Assembly: GCA_047651235.1 (NCBI GenBank)
Contig: CP178758.1
Location: 3,390,001 to 3,422,000, forward strand
Direction of reading: 5' to 3'
DNA length: 32,000 bases
DNA from: Candidatus Electrothrix yaqonensis
GTDB taxonomy: Bacteria > Desulfobacterota > Desulfobulbia > Desulfobulbales > Desulfobulbaceae
Part shown: in pieces, positions 25,475-32,000 of the stretch
Position numbering within the stretch: the first letter of the stretch is position 1
Layout of the letters: the number at the start of each line of letters is the position of its first letter
Made by a program: the position numbers and the translations under genes
The notes under the pieces: generated by a model
What the model was told of the DNA's origin: nothing
What the model saw: the letters and a program-made list of their open reading frames with translations, nothing else
The model's database searches: none

Positions 25475-26670
25475 TGCTTGGTTGGTTTAAAAAAAAGCTG
25501 TCCCGCAACAAGGAGGAGGAGCCTGCTGCGGTCGAGGAGTCTGTTGTCAGCAGTGAAGGAGATGTTGATGCTGCTGCGCTGGCACCGGAGGAGACCGATC
25601 AACAGTCTGCTCCTCCCCCTTCGGGGGGGGCTTCAGGGAGCGGTACAGCAGCTCCGTCTGCACCTGAACCCGCAGCTGCAGCCGGGGGAGAACAGTCGGA
25701 AGAACAGGATAAGCCGCAGCGGCAGTCCATGTTCAGGCGCCTGCAGCAGCGGCTTGCCAAGAGCAGAAATCAGTTTGTCCATCGTCTGGATAACCTGTTT
25801 ATCGGCAAAAAGAAGATTGATCAGGAACTGCTGGATGAGCTGGAGGAAATTCTGATCACTGCTGATCTGGGAGTATCCACAGCGATGGAGCTGCTGGAAG
25901 CTGCCAGATCGAGCGTGAAGCGGGACGAACTCAGTGATCCGCAGGCCCTGAAAGGGGTGCTGCGGGATAGGATTCTGTCCTTTCTCCAGGAGTCTGATCA
26001 GCCTGCGGAACTGGTGCTGCCGGAATCCGGCCCGTTTATCGTCATGGTGGTGGGCGTGAACGGGGTGGGCAAGACCACCTCCATCGGCAAAATCGCTGCC
26101 AAATTTATCAACTCCGGCCAGTCCGTGCTCCTGGTGGCCGGGGATACCTTCCGGGCCGCTGCCATTGATCAGCTGAAGATCTGGGGCGAACGGACCGGGG
26201 TGGAGGTGGTTGCCGGGGCGCCGAAATCCGATCCCTCGTCCGTGGTCTTTGACGGCGTGGCTCGTGGTATTGCCAAGGAGTATGACGTGGTCATCATTGA
26301 CACGGCCGGTCGTCTCCACACCAGTGTCAATCTGATGGAGGAGCTGAAGAAGATCAAACGGGTGATCGGCAAGAAGCTCCCTGCTGCTCCCCATGAAGTC
26401 ATGCTGGTTCTTGATGCCACCACCGGGCAGAATGCGGTTTCCCAGGCCAGAATGTTCAACGAGGCCGTCGGCGTGACCGGTCTGACCCTGACCAAGCTGG
26501 ATGGCACGGCCAAAGGCGGTATTATAACCAATATCTGTCATGAACTGAAAATACCAGTCCGCTTCATCGGCATCGGTGAGCAGGTTGACGACCTGCGGGA
26601 TTTTGATCCTGAAGAATTTGTCGATGCTCTGTTCAGCGCGGATGACGCATCCGGTGCGCAGGCTTCCTGA
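25474..26670 (+). CDS. ftsY: Signal recognition particle receptor FtsY
   Basis: A 398-aa protein with an acidic/Ala-Pro-rich N-region and an SRP GTPase domain (GVNGVGKTTSIGK, DTAGR, TKLDG). Its ATG overlaps the lon TAA by 1 nt. Confidence 0.95.
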   Translation: MLGWFKKKLSRNKEEEPAAVEESVVSSEGDVDAAALAPEETDQQSAPPPSGGASGSGTAAPSAPEPAAAAGGEQSEEQDKPQRQSMFRRLQQRLAKSRNQFVHRLDNLFIGKKKIDQELLDELEEILITADLGVSTAMELLEAARSSVKRDELSDPQALKGVLRDRILSFLQESDQPAELVLPESGPFIVMVVGVNGVGKTTSIGKIAAKFINSGQSVLLVAGDTFRAAAIDQLKIWGERTGVEVVAGAPKSDPSSVVFDGVARGIAKEYDVVIIDTAGRLHTSVNLMEELKKIKRVIGKKLPAAPHEVMLVLDATTGQNAVSQARMFNEAVGVTGLTLTKLDGTAKGGIITNICHELKIPVRFIGIGEQVDDLRDFDPEEFVDALFSADDASGAQAS

Positions 26671-26703
26671 CCGTCAGACGAACAATTCCTTTCCCTCTCC
26701 CCG

Positions 26704-27591
26704 ATGCAATCTCGACAGTACAGTTACAGAAGCAACCAGCCGGGCTGCGGCGGCTGCCTTCTGATTCTCCTCCTCATCCTGCTGGCCACCGGCGGCTGGC
26801 AGGCTGTGGGCGGGTTTATAGGGCTGACCTTCTTAATGGTCGTCCTTGGAATTCTGGCGTTACCTGTTGCCTTTTTTGCCTTTACGAAGTGGATTCAGAA
26901 CCGGGCTGCAGCCTACGAGCAGTCCCAGACCGAGAGTCATAATCGGTTTGTTTTTCTGCTGGTCAACATTCTGGTCAGCATTGCCAAGGCTGACGGCCAT
27001 TTCACCAAGTCCGAGCTGCGGACCATGCTCAATTTCTTCCAGCATTCTCTGCACTATAATCAGGAGCAGATGTACTGGATCAGGCAGCTGATCAAGGAGG
27101 CGCGGGATACGCACCAGAACCTTGATGCCCTGCTGGTGGAGTTTCGCAGCAATTTTGCCTATGAACCCCGCCTGATCCTGCTGGAACTGGTGTACCAGAT
27201 CATCTATACTAAAAATCGGGTGATGGACGGGGAGCTCGATCTTGCCCGGAAGATAGGTGCTTTTCTGGAAATTTCTGAGTATGAACGCCGGACCATTGAG
27301 AACAGGTACCGGTACGGACATCGTTATCAGCGGCAGGGGAGGGGAGCCTTCGGCAGCTCCGGCTCCGGATATCAGTCTGCTGCGGAGGAATATCGGTATT
27401 ACACAGTATTGGGTGTCGAGCAGGGTGCTGATTTCGGTGCCGTAAAAAGAGCCTACCGCAAACTCTCCATGCAGTACCACCCGGATAAGGTGGCGCATTT
27501 AGGTGATGAGTTCAAGGGAGTGGCTGAGGAGAAGATGAAGGAGATCAATGCGGCGTATGATTATTTTCGGAAAAAGTTTGGGGGGAGTTAG
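26704..27591 (+). CDS. DjlA-like co-chaperone (N-terminal TM, TerB-like domain, C-terminal J domain)
   Basis: A 295-aa protein with two N-terminal hydrophobic helices, a central region LVSIAKADGHFTKSELRTM (TerB-like) and a C-terminal J domain, YYTVLGVEQGADFGAVKRAYRKLSMQYHPDK. Confidence 0.8.
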   Translation: MQSRQYSYRSNQPGCGGCLLILLLILLATGGWQAVGGFIGLTFLMVVLGILALPVAFFAFTKWIQNRAAAYEQSQTESHNRFVFLLVNILVSIAKADGHFTKSELRTMLNFFQHSLHYNQEQMYWIRQLIKEARDTHQNLDALLVEFRSNFAYEPRLILLELVYQIIYTKNRVMDGELDLARKIGAFLEISEYERRTIENRYRYGHRYQRQGRGAFGSSGSGYQSAAEEYRYYTVLGVEQGADFGAVKRAYRKLSMQYHPDKVAHLGDEFKGVAEEKMKEINAAYDYFRKKFGGS

Positions 27592-28101
27592 GAGGTGGAT
27601 GAGAAGGTCTGTCTGTTCGCAGTAACATCCGTAAGTCTAGCAGGTTAAAGTCCTGTCCGGGAATTGTCCGTACGCCCCGGTAGTATGAGGAAGCGGCGTT
27701 GTAGAGATGCAAGGTCGTGAGTTTCCCCCCAACAATAAAGCAGGCCGTAACGCAAGTGAACCTATGAGTAGCCTCGTAAACTAATTGGAGGAGCCGACCC
27801 TGTGGACGGAAGGGGAAGGCCGTTGGATGGGTGCCGGAATAACGGAAGTGGCACACGTTGACTCCCGGGGTAGCAGGGATGGCATGTTTTAGAAGATTTG
27901 CAGACCAGTGCTGGAGACCCGTCTCCGGGGGTGGTGAGAGCACCAACCGATGCGTATAAGGAAACGAAATCGCAGAGGCCCGAAGCGGGAGTCGGAGGGG
28001 TTCATAGTACCGTTCGAGACCTTGGGACAACATAACCTAGGTCAAGGGAAGGAACCCTGCTTTGTTCATGCAACCAAAGAGTGGAGGATCAGGGGATTGC
28101 C

Positions 28102-29415
28102 ATGTCGCTAGTCACCCCGGAAAAGATCAGGACGCTACAGAGGAAGCTGTATATCAAGGCCAAGCAGGAACCGGCCTATCGCTTCTACGCACTTTACGAC
28201 AAGATTTTTCGGGCTGATGTTCTCAATCACGCCTGGAGGCTTGTTCGTGCCAATGGAGGAAGCCCTGGAGTAGACGGGGTGAGCTTCAAGGCCATAGAGG
28301 GCGGGGTAGGGGTAGGAACGTTTCTTCTGGAGCTGGCCCATGATCTGAAGGAAAGAAAATACCAGGCCCAGCCTGTTCGCCGTGTCATGATACCCAAAGG
28401 TAACGGAGATTTTCGTCCGTTGGGTATTCCGACGATACGTGATCGGGTCGTGCAAATGGCGGTAAAACTGGTTATTGAGCCGATTTTTGAGGCGGATTTC
28501 TGTGCGCATTCGTATGGATTTCGTCCTGGAAGGTCGGCCCACCATGCCGTGGATGATATTGCCAATACGCTCTGGGCAGGCTGCACAAAAGTCATAGACG
28601 CTGATCTGTCGAAGTATTTTGACACTATTCCACATAATAAACTGCTGATCGTAGTGGCTGAACGCATTGTAGACGGGAGCATATTGCACCTTATCAAACA
28701 GTGGCTCAAGGCACCTGTAATCGGTGAAGACGATTGTGGAAAGAAGAAAACTGTAGGAGGCGGGAAAGGCAATCGGAAAGGTACACCGCAAGGTGGTGTG
28801 ATCTCACCGTTGTTGGCTAACTGCTACCTGCATATTCTGGATCGTGTATGGCAACGACGGAACCTCAAGTTCAGGCTGGGGGCGCATATTGTCCGCTATG
28901 CGGATGATTTTGTAGTGATGTGTCGAGGCGATGTAGAGAAACCAATGGAAGTGGTGCATGATGTGTTGAACCGACTTGATCTTACACTCAATGAGGACAA
29001 GACGCACGTCGTGAACGCCGCTGAAACAGGTTTCGATTTTCTTGGTTTTACAATTCAGATGAGTCGGGGTGCTCGAAGCGGTAAACCGTATCCCAATGTA
29101 CGACCGTCGGATAAGTCGCTGAAGAGAGTGAAAGCGAGGCTGACGGAACTGACAGACAGGAAGCTGACCTGCATTCCTCTGAGTGATGTGGTGGGCAATG
29201 TAAATCGCAGCCTTCGTGGCTGGGTGAACTATTTCCACTTTCGTAACTCAAGCATGGCGATGAGCAAGGCGAGGCAACATGCGGAAGACCGACTGAGAAT
29301 ACACCTGATGAAGCGCCATAAGGTCAGGGACAGAAAAGCGGCTTTATGTCGTTTTCCCCGTCGTGATCTCTATGAGTGCTATGGGCTGTACAAGGTTTCT
29401 GGAAAAGCGGGCTGA
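28102..29415 (+). CDS. Group II intron reverse transcriptase/maturase (En-minus)
   Basis: RT motifs GSPGVDGVSF, RVMIPKGNGDFRPLGIPTIRDRVVQ, TPQGGVISPLLAN and YADDFVVMC, followed by the X/maturase region LRGWVNYF. There is no C-terminal HNH motif. The start is the ATG at 28102 or the GTG at 28081. Confidence 0.9.
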   Translation: MSLVTPEKIRTLQRKLYIKAKQEPAYRFYALYDKIFRADVLNHAWRLVRANGGSPGVDGVSFKAIEGGVGVGTFLLELAHDLKERKYQAQPVRRVMIPKGNGDFRPLGIPTIRDRVVQMAVKLVIEPIFEADFCAHSYGFRPGRSAHHAVDDIANTLWAGCTKVIDADLSKYFDTIPHNKLLIVVAERIVDGSILHLIKQWLKAPVIGEDDCGKKKTVGGGKGNRKGTPQGGVISPLLANCYLHILDRVWQRRNLKFRLGAHIVRYADDFVVMCRGDVEKPMEVVHDVLNRLDLTLNEDKTHVVNAAETGFDFLGFTIQMSRGARSGKPYPNVRPSDKSLKRVKARLTELTDRKLTCIPLSDVVGNVNRSLRGWVNYFHFRNSSMAMSKARQHAEDRLRIHLMKRHKVRDRKAALCRFPRRDLYECYGLYKVSGKAG

Positions 29416-29450
29416 AGAACGGCGCATGCCTCGGTATGAAGAACATCGGA

Positions 29451-29483
29451 AAGCCGTGTGCGGGAAAACCGCACGCACGGTTT
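29451..29483 (+). ncRNA. Group II intron domain V (catalytic hairpin)
   Basis: AAGCCGUGUGCGG-GAAA-ACCGCACGCACGGUUU: an AGC triad, a 2-nt bulge on the 3' strand and a GAAA tetraloop. Confidence 0.8.
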
Positions 29484-29694
29484 GATGAGGGAGCATTGAG
29501 GAAGCAAGCACTTGGTACACGTAGTAGCCGCGTGCGGCGAGGCGTCTGTAAAAGGGCCAGGATTACTGCTGAATCAGTGCTCTACTCTACCGACTGTTTC
29601 GATGTGAAAAATATGATCATTTTATTCTGCTTTTCAAGTCGTTACTGTTTGTTTTCTATCAAGAAGGTGTCGTTTTTGAGGATAAGGTGTAACC

Positions 29695-30822
29695 ATGAAG
29701 GGTAATAATTTTTTTGAAGAGCAGAAAGAGCAGTCCTTGGTTAAGTCTACAATTGTGGCAAAATACTTTGACGCTTGGTCTGCTGTCATAATCAGTACTC
29801 AGAAACGTTACCCTCAGCATCCCCAGAAAATAGCTTATATTGATCTTTTCGCAGGCCCAGGTCGTTATGATGATGGCAGTCAGTCAACCCCGTTAAAAAT
29901 ATTAACCAATGCCATAGACAAGCCTGATTTATGTGAACGACTTGTAACCATATTTAATGATAAGGACGAGGATAAGTCGGGAAAATTAAGGGAAACAATT
30001 GCAGAAATTCATAGGATTGAAGAACTGAAATACAAGCCGCAGATTTACAACCAAGAAGTTGGCGAAAAGATCGTTCGCATGTTTGAAAGCATGAATTTGG
30101 TTCCGACATTATTCTTTGTTGATCCTTGGGGATATAAAGGTTTATCTCTTAGGCTTGTTAACTCGGTATTAAAAGACTGGGGGTGCGATTGTATCTTTTT
30201 CTTTAACTACAACAGGATCAATATGGGACTGAGTAATCCCTTTGTCAAGGAACACATGGATGCCCTGTTCGGACAAGATCGGGCTGATGAACTGAGACCA
30301 AAACTTGCTCAAACCTCTCCAAAAGAGAGGGAGTTAATAATAGTTGAAGAACTTTGTCAAGCGATTAAATCCTATGGCAGTCGCTACACTTTGCCTTTTA
30401 GATTTAAAGATTCAAAGGGAAAACGAACAAGCCATCATCTTATTTTTGTCAGCAAGCATTTTCGCGGTTATGACATCATGAAGGATATCATGTCTCGTGA
30501 AAGTACAAGCGACACAGAAGGTGTGCCTTCATTTGAATACAATCCCGCTGACTTTTTGCCAAAGCAGACTCTTTTGTTTCAACTTTCCCGTCCAATTGAT
30601 GATCTAAAAAATGATTTGCTGGACAACTTTGCAGGTCAAAGACTCACAATGGAAAAAATTTACGAAGAACACAACGTAGATACTCCTTATATTAAAAAGA
30701 ATTATAAGGATACGTTACGTACACTTTATGATGAGAATCTCATTGATGCAATTTCGTTAAAAGGGAAGCCGCCACGTAAAGATACATTCGGTGATAAAAT
30801 TATAGTTACTTTTCCAAGGTAA
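29695..30822 (+). CDS. TcmP-like protein (three-Cys-motif partner protein family) with methyltransferase-like motifs
   Basis: A 375-aa ORF in AT-rich DNA, 5 nt upstream of a DUF5131 gene; that pairing defines the TcmP family. The N-terminus FFEEQKEQSLVKSTIVAKYFDAWSAVI fits my recollection of the family. It contains YIDLFAGPGRY (SAM-MTase motif I-like) and FFVDPWGYKG (motif IV-like). Confidence 0.6.
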   Translation: MKGNNFFEEQKEQSLVKSTIVAKYFDAWSAVIISTQKRYPQHPQKIAYIDLFAGPGRYDDGSQSTPLKILTNAIDKPDLCERLVTIFNDKDEDKSGKLRETIAEIHRIEELKYKPQIYNQEVGEKIVRMFESMNLVPTLFFVDPWGYKGLSLRLVNSVLKDWGCDCIFFFNYNRINMGLSNPFVKEHMDALFGQDRADELRPKLAQTSPKERELIIVEELCQAIKSYGSRYTLPFRFKDSKGKRTSHHLIFVSKHFRGYDIMKDIMSRESTSDTEGVPSFEYNPADFLPKQTLLFQLSRPIDDLKNDLLDNFAGQRLTMEKIYEEHNVDTPYIKKNYKDTLRTLYDENLIDAISLKGKPPRKDTFGDKIIVTFPR

Positions 30823-30827
30823 AGAAA

Positions 30828-31604
30828 ATGGCCACAAGTAAGATAGAATGGACGGAGGCAACTTGGAACCCTGTTACTGGCTGCTCAAAAATCAGTGAAG
30901 GTTGCGTTAACTGCTATGCCGAACGGTTGGCGAAACGTCTCAAGGCAATGGGGCAAAAAAACTATGCGAATGGTTTTAATGTTACTCTCCATCCACATGC
31001 TTTAACTATTCCTTTGAAATGGAAAAAATCACGATTAGTTTTTGTAAACTCAATGAGTGATCTTTTTCATCATGAAGTTCCTCTAGAATTTATTCAGCAG
31101 ATCTTTCATATAATGAATCAAGCCAGCTGGCATCGTTTTCAAGTGCTGACAAAAAGGGCCGAGAGGCTTGCTGAGTTAGCCCCTTTTCTTAAATGGTCAG
31201 AAAATATATGGACGGGAGTTACTGTTGAGAAAGATACTTACTTAGACCGTCTTAAATACCTGAAAGAGGTTCCGGCTGCTATAAAATTCTTATCGCTTGA
31301 GCCTCTTTTGGGGCCAATAACTACTATAGATTTAACTGATATTCATTGGGTTATAGTCGGCGGTGAGAGCGGGCCAAATGCACGCCCAATGGAAAAAAAA
31401 TGGGTAATTGATATTCAGAAACAATGTATTGAGTTGATGATACCTTTTTTCTTTAAGCAATGGGGTGGTGTTAATAAAAAGAAAGCTGGAAGAATATTGA
31501 ATGGAAAGATATTTAATGAAATGCCAATCTTGAATAAGAGACAATTAAGTTTAATAAATATAAATAATAGCAAGATGGATATAAATAAAAAATATCCTGA
31601 CTGA
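30828..31604 (+). CDS. DUF5131 family protein (phage Gp37/Gp68 family, three-Cys motif)
   Basis: A 258-aa protein with IEWTEATWNPVTGCSKISEGCVNCYAE (C-x6-C-x2-C), VIVGGESGPNARPM and FFFKQWGG. These are the hallmarks of Pfam PF07505 as I recall them. Confidence 0.85.
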   Translation: MATSKIEWTEATWNPVTGCSKISEGCVNCYAERLAKRLKAMGQKNYANGFNVTLHPHALTIPLKWKKSRLVFVNSMSDLFHHEVPLEFIQQIFHIMNQASWHRFQVLTKRAERLAELAPFLKWSENIWTGVTVEKDTYLDRLKYLKEVPAAIKFLSLEPLLGPITTIDLTDIHWVIVGGESGPNARPMEKKWVIDIQKQCIELMIPFFFKQWGGVNKKKAGRILNGKIFNEMPILNKRQLSLININNSKMDINKKYPD

Positions 31605-31834
31605 ACTGAATCCGCACAAACCCGTGCTATTCGGTTCGTATGCATACGGAGAGATCGGTGAGTAATATGACTGGCTGGCCTTGAAGTAACGCCGCAATCT
31701 TCCCAATTCAAGTTTTTCTTGGGAATTATCAGAGTTATTTCCCTCTGTCTTCTTTGTTTGCTTTTTCGGTCAAAACATTATAGATTTATCAGGTAAAGGC
31801 GGTTATTCATCAATTCTTGTCAGCGGGAGTGGCA

Positions 31835-32000
31835 ATGGACCTTGTTTCACCGGTGCTTATCTGGTTTCTTTTGGGAATCGGCTTCTTTGTCATGGAACTG
31901 GCTGCTCCCGGATTTATCCTTTTTTTCTTTGGTATCGGGGCTTGGTGTACAGCTGCGGTGCTGGCCCTGATCGATTTTTCTCTCCCTGTCCAGATGATCA
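31835..32000 (+). CDS. NfeD-like membrane protein, N-terminal fragment (runs off the right edge)
   Basis: Hand-translated: MDLVSPVLIWFLLGIGFFVMELAAPGFILFFFGIGAWCTAAVLALIDFSLPVQMI. GGGAG lies 5 nt upstream of the ATG. This is the typical N-terminus of short NfeD-family proteins. Confidence 0.55.
   Translation, partial: MDLVSPVLIWFLLGIGFFVMELAAPGFILFFFGIGAWCTAAVLALIDFSLPVQMI

Larger units (their letters stand above)
27595..29590 (+). mobile_element. Bacterial group II intron (ribozyme plus intron-encoded RT/maturase, no endonuclease domain)
   Basis: About 490 nt of non-coding, structured-looking sequence precede the RT ORF. A textbook domain V lies at 29451-29483. A domain VI closing helix pairs GAGgGAGCA (29487-29495) with UGCUC-uA-CUC (29578-29587), leaving a bulged A at 29584 six nt from a ...CUAC 3' end at 29590. 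The 5' end is set only by position and length; the sequence there is GUGGA, not the canonical GUGYG, so it is uncertain by tens of nt. Confidence 0.8.

Noticed and set aside
25633-26541. 302-aa minus-strand ORF
   Set aside because: It is antisense to ftsY (GTPase motifs are on the plus strand). Shadow ORF.
27545-28033. 162-aa minus-strand ORF
   Set aside because: It overlaps the non-coding 5' ribozyme domains of the group II intron. The open frame is most likely a by-product of structured GC-rich RNA sequence.
29376-29705. 109-aa plus-strand ORF
   Set aside because: It runs through intron domains V and VI and the leader of the TcmP-like gene. No RBS or motif supports it.
31690-31725. Hairpin TTCCCAA-(12 nt)-TTGGGAA after the DUF5131 gene, as a possible terminator
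   Set aside because: The stem is only 7 bp and AT-rich, the loop is large and there is no convincing T-tract. This is too weak to call.

Overview
This 32-kb chromosomal window comes from a moderately GC-rich Gram-negative bacterium; I cannot assign taxonomy from sequence alone. The housekeeping backbone is pntAA-pntAB-pntB, glmS, a NUDIX hydrolase, pyrE, a polyprenyl-phosphate sugar transferase, lon, ftsY and a djlA-like J-protein. Accessory patches interrupt it; several look AT-rich by eye, but GC content was not computed. From left to right they are:
1. An orphan type VI secretion spike module on the minus strand: vgrG, a 437-aa unknown, and a PAAR-like effector N-terminus running off the left edge. 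A decayed transposase and a small inverted-repeat element lie next to it.
2. An AT-rich insertion encoding a 664-aa polytopic membrane protein with three C-terminal repeats. It sits between a relic of a TPR gene and an intact TPR gene.
3. An AT-rich, overlapping DUF262 (ParB/GmrSD-N-like) + HEPN (Rx4H) gene pair, upstream of a DUF45/M48 peptidase and the TPR gene.
4. A vapB antitoxin with a decayed vapC, bracketed by a short intergenic repeat family.
5. A secreted cysteine-peptidase/CARDB protein, followed by a DUF4160 gene and a broken tandem copy of it.
6. An endonuclease-less group II intron placed a few nt after the djlA-like stop codon. It abuts an AT-rich two-gene islet: a TcmP-like protein plus a DUF5131 (phage Gp37/Gp68, three-Cys) protein.
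The best candidates for an uncharacterised system are the TcmP/DUF5131 pair and the DUF262/HEPN pair. No rRNA, tRNA or CRISPR array was recognised.
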